DNA of 64,000 nt from Acanthaster planci. Taxonomy: Eukaryota. The position numbers and the translations under genes are program-made. Numbering within the stretch: the stretch's first letter is position 1; every line of letters begins with the position of its first letter. Positions 1 to 26,301 of this stretch are shown in pieces. Where the stretch lies: NCBI RefSeq assembly GCF_001949145.1, contig NW_019091356.1, positions 3,194,713 through 3,258,712 on the forward strand, read 5' to 3'. Under the pieces are notes generated by a model that saw only the letters and a program-made list of their open reading frames with translations, searched no databases and was not told the DNA's origin.

Positions 1-60
1 TTACGAATTTGAAGTACCCGACGTCAACTCTTTATGAATTTTCCTTTTTAAATATTCCAG

Positions 61-11816
<11,756 letters not shown>

Positions 11817-14800
11817 GAGGACCCTGTCCCCCACCCCCAACCGTGTTCCCCCCCCCCATCCCATCTCCTCTCTGGAACATGATCTTCGGCGGGTTTACTC
11901 TTGGATTTAACCTCACTCGCCATCTTGAAAAGAATGCTTACACTGTGAGTTGGATGGTTTGCTCTTTTCCTTTTTTCGCCATGTGTTCGAGCATTCTTTT
12001 CAAGATAATTTCAAAGCCCAGAAAAGCTGGGATTTAAAAGAGAAAATTTTTAGGGGGGCGTTCCAAAACGCTAAACAAAGGTTGCTGATAATGGACTTCT
12101 TTCATAAGTATTGGGGTTGTGGTTGACCACAACGGGAGTTGATTCATATTGGAGAAGACCCAGGATGGGGTAGCTCCAAGGTGCAAGATGAATTGAGAAA
12201 CGATTGAATACCACCGACAATTTAAGGCCAAATTGTCAGGCGCGGCTCTTTGACATTTGGAAACGTCCAAAGAAGAAAGGGCCAAATTTAACCCCCAGAA
12301 AGGTGCAGATCGCAACACTTGGGGTGTCGGCAAAGGGCGATTCGCACTCTTTTGGGGGGGGTTTCTTATTGATGGGACCGTTGAGTTGGTTCTTCTGCTT
12401 GTTTTTATTCCCCTCCGAAATTCCTGACTTTTCACGCCTGCCCTGAGAAGGCCGCAAAATGGGACCTCGTTGGGTAGCCACCCTTTAGAACCGTAAACTG
12501 AATGAAATATCTGGCACCCAGCTCGACCATCCAGTTGGCAAAAGTTACGACGATCAGATCTTGCAAGTTGTGCGACCAGGTCGCGGTTGTTAGGCGTGAA
12601 TGATCAAGGAATCAACTTGCACAGTGATAGTGCCAGTTTTTAATTTTTCTTTTTTTTTTATATGAGAGGGAATGATGGATAATTTTGGCTGAAGTTATGA
12701 TGAAAAGTTGAATGGCTATTAAAATAATAAGAGGCATTGAAAAAATGGCATTCCGGAACAATTTATGGGAGAATATTAATGGAAAAAAATGAAAAAAAAA
12801 ACAGTAAAATGAAAAATGTGAAAAAAATAGTAAAATGTTAAAATAAAAAAAGACAAATATATATTATAAAGAGAAATTTAGTTTAAAACAATATGGGCCA
12901 TTATTTTCTGGAGAGAATTGTATATTATGGCCATATTTGTTACTTTATTTTTTACTTTTTGATAAAAAAAAACATAAAAAAAATTACAAAAAAATGGAGA
13001 TTTCATCCAGTGCTACCTCTTGTCCAAAGTCTGTAATCGATACGTTTTTCCAATGTCGGGGAAAAATTTCAAAGATGAGACACATACTTGGCGTAGGAAA
13101 AAAAAATGCAAAAAGATGTTGGATTGATCCGACTTTCTTTGCAACACTACCGCTATCGCATTGGAGTAATCTACATTTTTAACGTCATGTTAAAAAAAGA
13201 AACCTCAGACCTGATTAAGAAATCCAACCAAGAGAAACAAAACAGAAATGAAAAATCCTCACCAAGATTTTGGATCATTGAAATGGGTCAACAAATGGTT
13301 TACTTGGCAATATAGTATAAATGCTGTGATGGACAGACCCCAAATCGAGCAAGTTTTTGTTTGCTCACTGTAAGAGGCAGCTTTTGATGTGGGGTGTCAT
13401 AAACAGGGTCCATCACTTCTTGAGAACTACTCTGATTGTGGGAGTTCCAGTTGCCTACTTGCTTGTTGAGTAACATGAAAGATGAGTTTCAGTGGTGGAA
13501 CTGAAGCATCGTTTTAGAATGATACTGGGTAGGAGTAGCAAGTTACCATGGCGATCAACAGTAACGTGTTAAATAATGGTCCCTCTGCCCTTCCTCCTTG
13601 CAACAACATATCGTATACTCGTAGATTGTAAGTATATTAACGGTTTTATCACCCAACTCGTATTTAAGAGTATTATTTGTGTTACTTAAGTGCAGAACGT
13701 TTAACTCCCGTTTCCTTCGGAATGGTGGACTACATCGAGACAAAACAAAACAACATTCAAATGACACAAAGTAGTCCCTTTTTTCCAGTGCCGTATCGTG
13801 TTAACAAACCAGGCCGTAAAAAAAAGCCAGCCTCTTTTTTTCTCTTTTGCACCGTACCCCCCGAGCAACCAAGTCGAAGAGATTCTGGTACAATTCTCAA
13901 CCGGAAACGTTGGCTCCTCTCATCGGTTGTTCGTTAGGGATGGATGACAGTTTCAATCTTGCCAACCGACTCCATTTTGGGAAGAGATCTCTTCTGAATG
14001 ATTGACCCTGGGGGTACAACCAAAGCAAAAAACTCTCCCTAAGCAGGTCTGTGCGCTGTCCTCTTGGAGGAGGACTGGACCACCCCGGTCGTTTGACAAC
14101 TTAGCCAGCTGATTTGCTTGAGTTGAGAGAAGGAGAGAGAGCAGTACAAACTTTTCATAGATAACGATTTCAGAGTGAAACCACACTGGTTTCTTGTGAC
14201 GGTGGTGAATTGCTTTTTTGAAACACCCACCATTACATTTTGGTGGGAAAAGAAGGATCCAGGCTGTGGGGTGATTCTTTTTTTTTTTCTTGGAGACTTT
14301 GTTTGGAAAGAAGCTTCTTGGAACAAGATTTAAAGAGGCAACAAAAAAACAAGCAGATCGGACTTGAAGACAACACAGTTACTGTCATCTTTTTTTTTTT
14401 TTTTATTTTTTTTTTTTTACTTTTTTTGTGTAAAAGGAAGCTGCACTCTTCAGAGTGAGCTGATCTCATCACCATAGTGATGAAACTTTTTGCAATCGAA
14501 AGATTGCAGAGAAAAAAACAATCTTTTGACGGCTTGGGCCAGAATGCATGGCGATTTTCACTCCTTTCCCATGGGAACCTGAACCGTAATCCAGGCACAC
14601 GCAGTCTTTTAATTTTTTCTCAAAAGACTTTGGGAAAGATGGTAGTCTGGTTTCCAAGCCCAACCTTGACATTACAAAAAAGTCAAGTACCTGCCTCTAA
14701 ATGGAAGTTTAAGCATGGGTCAAAAATAACGAACAGTTCTGTGCTCTGAGGAAAAGTGGCCGGTCAGTATTGGGAGAACAAATTTAAACCAAACGTGTAG

Positions 14801-16995
14801 AAGTTTGTGGCTCATTGGGACAGCTTACTGTTTTTGGTGACTCTTCGATTCAGCATGGCAAGGACCTCTGACTCGCTGTGATGGCAATTTGTAATGGTTA
14901 CATGCCATGTTATTAAACCTTTTTTTCAGAGAAAGTCGGAAACGAATGCTAAAATAACATGCACTTGGCGCTTCAGACGGGACTGAAGCCACCCGAACAT
15001 TTCTTTTAGCATCTGTTTCAATTGCTAGATGTGTACTCGTTTTCCTTCAATGTTTGGGTTTTTAAAAAAAGTATTTTGACGCAAACGGGCTTTAATTTGT
15101 TAAAAGAAGTTAGTTGTTGCTTTAATATAGTCATACCACAAAAAGAATGTAATCTTAAAGTAGGTGTTGAGGGATGCGTTTACCCCCAAGTCGCACACTT
15201 GGGAGAGACATACCCTAAATGTAGTTGTAATTTTACACTGGAGTCAAACGTTGAACGTTTTGTGTTGATGGTAAGATCCAGAGAAGAAAAAAAAACAAAA
15301 AACAACAAAAAAATCAAGGCCTCATCGAGCCTTAACGTTGTGTTTCAAACTAGTTGGAAGAGTTAAATCAGATTATTAATAACGTTGCACTTGTTTACCA
15401 ACTGTGACAGTCTCTATTTGTTCACATCACTTGTTACTAACAAATTACAATTTGATAGATTTAGTGTCAATGTATACGCCACAGAGAAGAGTTGTTAGAA
15501 TTTTTTAAGTAGCCTTTGGACTGGCCTAAACGGCAAACTGCAGCGAGGCAAATTCCGCCAGCTTTCATGAACTAGCTCTCAGGAAGCTGCCCTTGCCGAG
15601 GCATCTCTTTGCTTTATAAAACAGTATTTACAAATTATAAAAGAAAACGGTTCCTGTTACAAAGTTTAACTTAGCTAGCAATGAAATTCATTGGTTGTTA
15701 AATTAATGCTGATTTCGAGACTTTCTGAAGTTTACAAAAAGTGTATACTTTGCATCGTACATCTTTGTGATTTAACTGCATTTTTTTCCTTTTCATTATT
15801 GGTTTCTGTTAAATAAGCTTTTTTAGGACTTTATCTGATAATAGCATGGCATGGAACCATATTGAACTTGACGTGTATTTACAAGTTAACATTGGTTCAA
15901 TCTAGCAATGTGTCTGACAAAATTGGAGTGTTTGTTATGAAGAAATTGGGAGTTGACAGGGCCCGAAGAAATGTTTACCTTACGATATTTGTGAACTATC
16001 GCAGCTGAAAGCTGGGCTCTGTAAGCTTGTATCTGCAAGTGGTGTTTGAACGATCAGATGTTGAATTTGGCGAGCTTTAGTACAGCTTAATGCTAAGTTA
16101 AGCAACAGTGCTCATAATCCACTAAAGGTTTTTTTTTGGGGGGGGGGTATTTAAACTTCCTCCCTTTTCTTTGGTGTGAAAAAATTTCAATGCCAAAATG
16201 CTAATACCGATCAGGGAGAATTGGACGGGAATTCAGACTTTTGTGCTGAAAAAAAATCTGAACGGACACAGGAATTTTATTGTCAAAACGGGTTTGGACA
16301 GTTTTCTTGCCACTGTTGTCCGGGTGATTTTTTTTTACGGAAGGTTCGACCGTGTGGTAGATTTCCTCGTGGCCACATTTGTATTACGGGTGCGTGGTTA
16401 CGTTTGGAATTCTCGGAACAGCTTAGCAAAGTTGATAAGCAGAAAGGAGTTGAGGCAATTAAACACGTGCACATTGATGGTAAAAAACGCAGCCTTGGTC
16501 CAATGTGCCTGCCTCAATCTGCTGAAGATGGCAAACTGGTTATGCGAAGGGGCTAGATTTCTGAATCTTCACCCTTCGATCATATCATTTCTCCCACTGT
16601 TTTCATAAAATTCTGTGTTGCACTTAGCTTTCAAAAGGATTGTTCTTTCAAATGCTCAGTGGTGTTTAGGGCGGCCACTCATGAATTCTTTATTCACGTC
16701 CATAAACTGTTGAAATTGACTTGTGTCCACCTCACTTGCTAGATTGAGCTCATTGAACTGACGGGAAGAAATTGGACGGGCAGCTTGTAAAGAAAAACAC
16801 CTGCCACTACTCTGGCGAAATAAGCTCGTAGAGTGTGTCAAACAAGTCTGCCGTCAATTTTTGCCCAACACTATACGGGGAAAGGTATAACCATTACCCA
16901 GTCCCTTGTATTAATTAACTGCCCGTTTGCAATCTCTCATTTACACGTTTTATGTTTACTCTTACTGGATTAAAATCATTATTCATGTTCAGTTA
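11817..16995 (+). other. Putative long 3' UTR of IGF2BP
   Basis: AT-rich, homopolymer-rich tract after the stop with no obvious MITEs; ATTAAA at 16969-16974 followed by a T/GT-rich element. The end point is inferred; an earlier AATAAA near 12842 could give a shorter isoform. Confidence 0.45.
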
Positions 16996-17699
16996 CTTTT
17001 TCTTTCTGCTGTCTGAATTATTCGGTGCCTTTGTTGTGTACGTGTCAAAAGATCGATTTAAAAAACACCAGTCCTGAATTGAATACGCACGTTGCGAGAT
17101 CATTTCTAGGCGTCCGGGTCGGTGGATGAGAAAGGTGCGAAAGTTACTGAGGGCGCTCTCCATCATTACCATCAAATAAAAACCAAGGTGCTTGACGTCT
17201 TTGGATGTTTTATGCGTGCCCAAAGGTCTTCAAAGGATCATTGCAGGGCAAGGTGACTGAGACAATGATGCACTGCGGGGAAGCGTTTTGGGATTTATCC
17301 TCGGAGGGACATGTTTCATTTGGGGACCTCGAAAGAGACCTTCAAAAACTACAATCCTGATTGTAAAAAAGTTGTAACTACACGTGACGACAGAGTGTAC
17401 TTATTGAAATCATTTTACAATGAAAAAAAAAACTGGAATGTGACAAATAATCAAATCACCCGATGATTCTAGAATCAGATTTATTTTATTCACTTGTTGG
17501 AGTTTTGGAAATAGTGTTGAATGGTCTCAGTTGACCAGGACAAACTGTTTTGCCTTTTTCAAATTTGTTAATGCAACCGCAACAGTGGACATGGGAGAAA
17601 TAAAAAAATCCCAATAGAATCATAATTATTGTGGTCGGCTCCTAATCCTGTTATTTCCGTCAGTAATTTCAGAGAACCCCCCCCCTTAAAAATTCTTGA

Positions 17700-17919
17700 A
17701 TAAAAAGTCACCGAGTTGAAAGTTGTTCCACGCATGCGCCAAACTTCACCTGTAAAAACTTGCGGTTTTCACATAGCATTTTTCAGTGTGTATGTAGCGT
17801 ACAGTTTTAATGTATGTAGTGTGTTGTTGGGTTTGCGTTTGGCGCGCTGCTGCTTGTGTCCGTCTGAGATGCTGCGTGTGACAGGAATTTATCCCCGTAG
17901 TATGCCGAATTTCTAACAG
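17700..17919 (+). promoter_or_regulatory. Putative MYO10 promoter and non-coding first exon
   Basis: CpG-rich zone ~17.0-18.4 kb, NRF1-like ACGCATGCGC at 17730-17739, perfect donor CAG|GTAAGT at 17919/17920; I found no other gene between IGF2BP and the MYO10 coding exons. Confidence 0.5.
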
Positions 17920-18953
17920 GTAAGTGTGAAGTTTCCTCGAGTCGTTGCAAAAAGCTGTTAGACCGTATTACTGCCTTCTCGTGGAGAATTTCTAGAGGCC
18001 GTCAGTTGTTGAAGAGTGGATTTTTTTGACGTTTGCAAATCTGGAAGAAGTGGCTGTGAATATCTCTCCAGACTCGTGAATAGGGCCTACGCATGGACAT
18101 TGCACGAATCGTGGCTGTCCGCCACAGCAAGAAATTTGGCCGCCGTGACCTCACAGTCCGCTCTCAGTCTTTGCGAAATTTTCGGATTTCCCGATATCTA
18201 CAGTTTGCCGTTAGCAGCCGCGTTTTTTGTGGGAAAAATACAGGTTTGTGGAATGTAGTGTCATGTCGACAAAACAATGCGTCCGATGCGCGACGGCCGT
18301 ATATGTGTCCATTGCCATTTTGTGCATGGCCTGTGCGCACTTCCGGGAAGTTGGCAGGCCGTGCACGTTTGGAATCAGAAACACACCGGTACTACCCTGT
18401 ACCACAGCCTGTAGTATTATTTGTAGAGTTTCAATATACGGACATCACCAGATTTTCCTTCCATTGGTATATCAGCCATGAGAAAGTGATAACACCCTAA
18501 AGAGTCAATTTCAGCAGCAAAAATATCAAAGCATGATTTAGGCCAAGGGCAAGGCCTATATATACGTGGACATTTCAGAAAATTCAGTTTTCAGACCAGT
18601 CTCATAATACTATACTAAGGGTTTGTGCAAAGAGTGTCAAGTCATGTCCGTGTATGGAAAAAATGTTGTTGGCTGAACCTACTTGCACTTGATGAAATAA
18701 AAAAATGTAATGTTTTGCATCATTCTCTTTCCAATTAGGCCTACTTCATGTACTAGCAGTTCAGTGGATTTTTAGACCCTTAGCCTAGCCTAGGCCCTTG
18801 AAAAATTGGGGACTCTCTGTCATCTCACAACTGTCTCCTTGGTTTGGTGTGGTTTCATTGATGACAATTCACATTTTCAAAATTTGCAGAAACTAGGTTT
18901 AATGTTTTTTTTTTACAAAAAGGCACATTTAATAGAATAATCAAGACTTATTT

Positions 18954-19114
18954 AATACGGGCGATTCACCTTTGAATCAATTCACCTAGTGCCCCTTTAA
19001 GAGGAGTTTGCAATGCGTTGGCCAATTACAACACACAAAATTTGTCGACCATTTCCAAACGTGCATTGGGTCGACAGATTTCGCGCATTGTGATTGGCCA
19101 ATGCCTTGCAAACT
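18954..19114. mobile_element. Partial copy of the 9122 MITE family
   Basis: AATACGGGCGATTCAC start and shared GTCGAC/GATTGGCCAA palindromic core. Confidence 0.65.
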
Positions 19115-22100
19115 CAAAACTTGAAAAAGTATTTCAGGAAGCATTACCATGTCAGTGGAGGCGCATGCATTCCAGTCTGGGTGTTTCTATTGGCAATTTC
19201 ATGTACAGCTGAATGTTGAGAGACTTTGAAGGCACGCATGTTTCTGTGCATATCTGTGTATATTTAATGCTGATCGTCAAATATCACATGACTGATTGTC
19301 TGTACTCAATGTACAGATATGACAATTCTGTACAGTCATGATGTCATAGCATCTTAAAACAATCAGTTGAAAGGTTGCTCTCAAAGGTAAGAACCTAAAA
19401 CAAGATCTAACGATGAACAAGCAAAGCTGGTCGTGTTCCCACCTTCCTGGTGTGAACGCCCTTTTGTGTTTTCCCAGGCGAGTACACAGGGGCTAATGAT
19501 TACTGAATTTCTGGATGAAGTACTTTTACTGTCATGCTAAATGATGGATGGAGTAGTCAAGGTGCCAAACACTATGAATATTTTAATATTGAAACAATAT
19601 TAAAGTTTGATTTTGTTTGAAATGTGCCAGTGCAGGTTACTCAGGGTCCAGCTGGTGGGTGTTAAGGTACACATGTACATGTATTTTAGCCGAAGCTATT
19701 TAATAGCCGGATGCTATGTTATGTTTTGCGAAAAATTATATTAAATTTTCTTCTCACCCATTGCTCAGGATTGTAGCCAAAGGTTGTAAATGTTCAGAAT
19801 TGTGCAGCAGTGGCTCAGTATGCCTTGGAATACTCGTCTGCTGTAGTGCAAGAAAAAATTTACCTCGATAGACTTTTAAAAAAATGGTAAATGGATGAGA
19901 CCTTGTGAATAATGAAATTTGCAGACAAAGAAAATGACATCATTTCCAACAAGCGGCGCGACATGGTCGCCTGAAATGTTATGGATCAAGACTCGCCGAC
20001 GGCTGGCCGACTCCTGCATTGTTTATTAATTTGAAGGTTACATGTTGATGTTATTGTTGAAACATAAACTGGTGATTCATCCTCGATCTATGCGCACTAC
20101 CTCTGTGGGGGTTTAATGCACTCCTGAACATGATCAAACTCGTAAAAATTTCGGATTGGTAGCAGTTTGTCGATTACAATCCCTGGAGACCCGAGAAAAA
20201 TATTTATGCAAGAGGGTGCATATGAGATACCGGTTGGTGTGTGTTGAAGTGGGGAGATGCACAGATGTCTATACAGTATCCATTTCAGAAGCGTAACTGC
20301 TGCCCGCTGAATGTTGTGTTAGAAATAGGGTGTTCTCAGTGAGAAATGTTCAACAGAAATAAGATTTGTTCCTTTAACAAGCCATTGGTGTTGTTATCTC
20401 TTTTGGTAAGCTTCATGGGGCTAGGTGATAATCTTTGATGTTCGGAAGCAGTTTTTACTTTTAGCCTGTTTCTAAACTTCCCATTAGGTACTCGCAGGTA
20501 CCTATCAATAGGTAACAACTACACTGAAAAACTCGGCTGCAGCACTTGTAAGCACAAGGGGATCATGGTATAGAGTTTCATTTGTTGCTAAGTAACAACT
20601 GACCACTGCCAAGTTCACAGGAGTCCTCTTAGGTCAATTTACTGTGGCATACCTCAACGGCGAGAACCTATTTGCAGGTATTTCAGTGTCACTCCACGTT
20701 GATGAATACAGCAAGTGGGAATTCAATTGCATGTGCTGCTTTTGTAAATTGTATTGTATGGTTCTTGGGTGGGTGTGTTTTCTTGTACATATAATTTGTC
20801 TGCATGCATTTGGAAAAAATTGTGCATTATATGATTCAGTCATGCATGACTGATGACCCAATCCATGCCATGTTGGACCCCACAGACAAGACAGATAGCA
20901 TGTGGGGTCATCTTGACTTTTTCTGTGGGTCAAACAGAACGGTTCGCTAAGTGCACACCCCAAGTTCAGGCCCTATCATTCACCGTCCATTAACACATCC
21001 ATCCAGCAGGAGCTAACACTATGGCCTGAGGGGGGAGTTGCTTCAATATGTCAGGGGAGTGTGGCTTCTGATCTGTGGAAGTTATCCATCATTGGAAACA
21101 GATTATACTGGTGCATCGCATTGGCATTATATATAGGGAGGAAAAGGTTTTGACATGCTAGTACATGCAGTACGCTTTAGTGTAGTCTGATTTGGGTATT
21201 GGAAAAACACTGTCAAAAATGTGATTTCCTGGTTCAGTACGGGGCAGAGACTGTACATGTACATGTGAACTTGTATGCATCAACTTGCGTGCTTCATATA
21301 CCGGTTCTGTTCATGAAATGTAATGTATGCAGATGGGGTAGTTTAAGTAGAAATGCTAATGCGCGCATTTTCAGGACGTACATCAATTTCATTACATTTC
21401 CAAGGCTGGATGAGACTTATCACTGTGTATCCTCACATGAATATTCCTGATGTAATTTGTAAAAGATGCACAGCAACAACGGATGACAAAATTTGGCAGG
21501 GCGTTCCTCTACGCTACAAGCAAATTTTGTCAGGAGCCGAAATGGCTGTGTAGCACGTGGTGAACGGTTGTGGCTAATGTTTCAACGTTGTCATTCATAT
21601 GATACCAATAAGTGAGAGCATACGGTGTAATGAGTGTTTCCCGTGTCACTTGGTCCGCTGTGCTGGGTCCCATCTCTCCTTTTCATTAATCCCAAAGTTG
21701 TGTGTCCGGTGAGTTTGAGATGCGCAGCGATTGATTCCTGTTCATTTAGTCTTCCTCTCTGTCTCTAATTGTGACCACTTCTGCCACATTGGTAAAAGAT
21801 TTTCTCCAAAAGGTACCGTACACCAAATCTGTTGTAATCTTTAATTTCAACTACATGACATTTTACAAATTCTTGAAATATTATTAATGAATTAATCCTT
21901 TTGGGGAGTATGGTTTGCTAAGTTCAGTTTCTTGTACTTAAAGGGCCACCTTTCTTTGTCAGCTCTTGAAGTTTGAACGTTTGACCGCCAATTTTATTGT
22001 AATATATCAGAATTTTATGGGGGGGAGGTATCTCTCAGCATTGCTTATTGAGTTCCCACAAGCCACCCTGATTATAAGCATCATCTGCAAAGTACTCACA

Positions 22101-22575
22101 GCAGTCGTGAATCATCATGCTCGGCTCTCAAATTTCACAACACCGATGAGTGACTTTTCTCCTCAAGTTGATGAGTACAGCATGTGTTGCGCCAAAGAGG
22201 CCGCCCATATTTTCACCCTGTATCCTCGTCTGATGTGTGGAGTTGGAGTTGAGAGTGGATTGCATTATTGATGAAGATTATGATGAGAATGAGAGACTGT
22301 TATTTGTTCAAGGGGCTCAAGGCTAAGCTTTTGTACATGCTTAATGGGCTGGCAAAGATCAAGGCTGAGCTGTGGTTGATTTCAAGGAAGACGGTGAGGA
22401 TGGTGTCAATAGGTACAGTTTCTACGGAATTAACTTTTTATAAAATTTAGAACTTTTAGAATTTCTCCATGATCCAAATTCTACCTTGCAAAAAAGAGAG
22501 GCGCTTGTGCCAGATTCATTGTAAAATGCACAGAAATCTGAAGTTACTTTTAAAAATTTGTACAACTTCACAAAA

Positions 22576-23038
22576 TAGGGCTGTGCTGTATATCTGGATA
22601 TTTGATCGAGTATCCAATATTCAAATATTATTTTCGGAATTAGAATATTCGAATGCAAAATTTATGAAAACGAAGGGGGAATTGTCTTTTGTTTTAAATG
22701 AGAAAAATTGCACTGTGGAGGTTTGTTGCAAGCAGATTCAAATGAAAAGCGACAGAAATCTTACAACGATTCAAAAAAAAAATTATTCACTAAAAAATTT
22801 TAAAGGTCAAGAGGTATTGTTTGTCTCTAACTCTTGCTAAATTGTGGCTGGAAATACTCTTAGACATGAGAAGCTATTATAGTGATTATAATAAACAATT
22901 GTGTGTATTTTGCAACTGATTTTGTTTATGGATTTTTCATCAACAATCTGCTGGTTGGTACGACCGAATATTTGGATATTCAATCGAATTGAAGGTTGAA
23001 TATTCAAAGAGTGAATTATTCAAATTGACACAGCCCTA
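22576..23038. mobile_element. hAT-like non-autonomous element
   Basis: TIR TAGGGCTGTG...CACAGCCCTA; 8-bp TSD TCACAAAA/CCACAAAA; subterminal CGAATA-type repeats. Confidence 0.75.
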
Positions 23039-23775
23039 CCACAAAACCTCCTCTCCCTTGGAAGAAAAAAAATTGAGCATGGGCTAGTGCTTTCCATGCC
23101 AAAGTTATGAGTGGAAACTGATTTTGTTCGCTCACTTGCATACCATACACATTCAGTATGTACAAGTTCATGGTTCATCCCTATGTTCTCAGACAGGACA
23201 AAGATAACAAATGTGTTTTTTAGAGCTTAAAATGAGTTACAGTAGTTTTACAAAACAAACTTTTGTTTCATTGTCTAGTACATGTGTACTTTGTAGTGTT
23301 CATGTACATGTACAGTACATAATACTTGAATAGGCTGTTGACCCACAGGTACATCCATTGTACATGTACACCTTCCTCCCTTCTTCCTGTGTACAGTGCA
23401 GTTGGAGTCCTGTGTACATGTACATGTAGGTACAGGTACTGTACATGTACATCTACCAGAACCTTGTGTGAGTAGTGTTCATTAGTACCTGCCTGCTAGT
23501 CAACATCAGTCACAATTGATTTGTGTAACAGCATTCATTGATTGAAGATCAGTGTTTTACGCTGTTTGGACAAGAGTTTGTGGTGTAAGCAAGCATGGTT
23601 GGCATGTGACTGGATTAGCGTTCTCTGGCTGAGCCCCCCCCTCCCCCTCTACAGTAGTAAACTAATCTCATTATCACTGTGTTGATAGTTTGGGTACATC
23701 AAGGGGTGTGGGCAGTGATTGCATGAAACAATCAAACAGGAATGGGAACTCTGGAAAACCCCTCTAAAAAGTCAA

Positions 23776-24104
23776 GATTAGACGCAGTGCTGCTGCCGTG
23801 CTGAACTTAATTAACACGAGTGCGGCAATGGCGCCGCAGTTGCGCTAAACGTCAAACTTGAGTAGAGCAGTGTTGTTCCACTGCCATTTGGAACGATGTT
23901 AGCGCAGCCATGGAGCTATTAAACAGGTCCATGGTGCCGCATACCCTGTCAAGTTAAATGGCTTGCCGTGCCCAATTCAATTTGCCAAGCCGAACTGTGC
24001 TAAACACCGTGCTACATTGCCGTGCCGAACTTAAAAACATTGAATTATTTGAGTGCGGCACAGCAGGAAATTCAGTGCGGCACGGCAGGAGCACGGCGTA
24101 AACC
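23776..24104. mobile_element. MITE with GTGCTSCTGCCGTGC inverted ends
   Basis: GTGCTGCTGCCGTGC at left versus GCACGGCAGGAGCAC at right; internal GCCGTGC/GTGCGGCA repeats. Confidence 0.6.
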
Positions 24105-26130
24105 CTAGGCCTAACCTCACCCCTGTCTTTAACCATGTTCATTCATCAGGCTGATACATGTTCATGCATGCATGTACATGTACATGATTTGAGAATTCAC
24201 ACATGACACCAGCAATGCCACTCATGCAGTCTGCATGCCATTGATTATACAATGAACCAATACAATGACCCAGCATCTGCTGTCTGTGCTTGGCATGTTG
24301 AAATCAACACCACTTTCCCAAGGACTTTTGACTCAAGACATAGTCGTTGCATCAGTCATCTGCACTGTACAGGTACTAGTGGAATTCCAATACAAAGTGT
24401 GCCAGGTTTGTTGTCCATGGTCCCAGTTCAGTTCAGACCGTGTAGTTCCATGTCCAGGCCAAGTTGTCATAAACCACTCCCGTTGGCAAAGTTCAAAATA
24501 CATGAACATGTACAGTATAGTATGGGCCTACATGTACATGTAGATCTGTATGCATTCAGTTTGTAAATTGAATTAATACATATTTCAAAATTGTCAAGCG
24601 AACGGTTTATTTTGACCATAAATTAATGCAAGGCAGGAAGTTTGTTCTTGATGGGGCGAGACGATTTCACTTTCGCAAAGGGGCACGAATTATAGAATGT
24701 CAACTTACGTGGGAATTTTTTTAGTGGGCTTGTAGGCAAAGACCAGGGGGTATCAAGGCAGGTGCTTCCGATGTCACAGTGAAGATGCATCTGAATAAAT
24801 GTAAGCTACCACTGTACGTGTAGAGAAAAACCAAGGAGCTGAATGAAATCCTGGGCTTGAAAATTGAGTATTTCGTGTACTTGGTTTGTTTTTGAAAGTG
24901 GTCCTATTTGCGTTTTGTAGCTACATGTATTTGACACTGGTTGGTATTCAAATTGCTAACAAAACCCAAATATGACTTGTTCTTTTGTTGGGGCATTTGA
25001 AGGGTAGGTAAACGCCATTTTCCATTGGGCTGGCCTGTTTAAATTACAGCTTTTGTTTGTGCATTTCCTCTTTCCTTTTTGTGGTATGAACATTTGTATG
25101 TGTGTTTGCATGTATATTAAAATGTTTCTGCTGTTGGCCAACATACATGTTTTTCAGCACCATGTTGCAGAATTTTGATTCCAGAGGCTGAACAGAACAT
25201 AATTCCATTTCTTTAAATGAAAAGAATCTTCCACATTTGTCTAACACTGCGTCAATCCGATGAACATCTCTTGCTGACACAAAGCCCTTCCTAAACCTAG
25301 CTTGTCTCTGGAGTTGTGTTTTCATCCAAGTAATTTGTCATTCGTAAAAGGAATAACTACATGTATTCTAAGCCTAAATTTATAACAGTAACACCTCAAG
25401 CCCGCATACACTCCATCATATGTACTGTACTCCTGAATGCAGAAAATACTTCAATAAATAGCAAGGGCTATTACGTATGTTATCTGTTCAGCCATTGCTG
25501 CGTGACATGACAAAAACAAAAAAGGGAGAGAAAGAGAGACCATTCACGCACAGAATTCGAGGTATGCACGGTTAAAGGAATGGGATGATTCCTCATCAAT
25601 CTGGCATCGTTGAGTTTTGCTCGCACCTGGCTGGGGTTCTTGTTGTGGTTGACATTTTCATTCATCCGTGGACACATCTGATGCAGTCACGCGTTGGGCC
25701 TTAATTTGGAGGGGTGTAGGTGTGCCGCACAGTCTCGTCCTTAGAAGCAGACACAGCCTCGCGGATCTACATGTATCTCATTTGAGGAATTGTAATGTGG
25801 CACTTTACTGCGGAGCGACAAGTAGTTTTTGACTGCAAGTATTCACGAGCCTTGTTGTTGCAAAGCAGTTCCGGGTTTGCTTGTACAGAGTTGAGCTTTC
25901 ATTTGGCAACCCTGTTACATTCTGTTTCAGGTACACACACGTAAACCTGTACTTAAAGATGAAGTCATCCTATGGAAAAGTTTGACTTCTTGGGCTGTCG
26001 CATGTGTGAAACCCAACACCAGAGTTTAGCTTTGTAAATAATAATCGTGGTTTCAGCTCCCTGGCATAGATGTAAAAAGTCTAGATTCATAGTGCCGTTA
26101 AATTAATCAGTCCACATACCGGTAGGTCCT

Positions 26131-26301
26131 TGAAGCCACCAGCGGCCATCTTGCTGTGCCGAATACAAAGTTTAATAATACAAAGGCTTGCTCACCCTTA
26201 TTAACCAAATTGTTCTTGGCAGGAATACATGTAGTTACAATGACATGCAAATTGTGATCACCTTTGTGCTTGGCACAGTAAGATGGCCGCTGTTGGCTTC
26301 A
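26131..26301. mobile_element. MITE with ~40-bp TIR
   Basis: TGAAGCCACCAGCGGCCATCTTGCTGTGCC ... GGCACAGTAAGATGGCCGCTGTTGGCTTCA. Confidence 0.7.
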
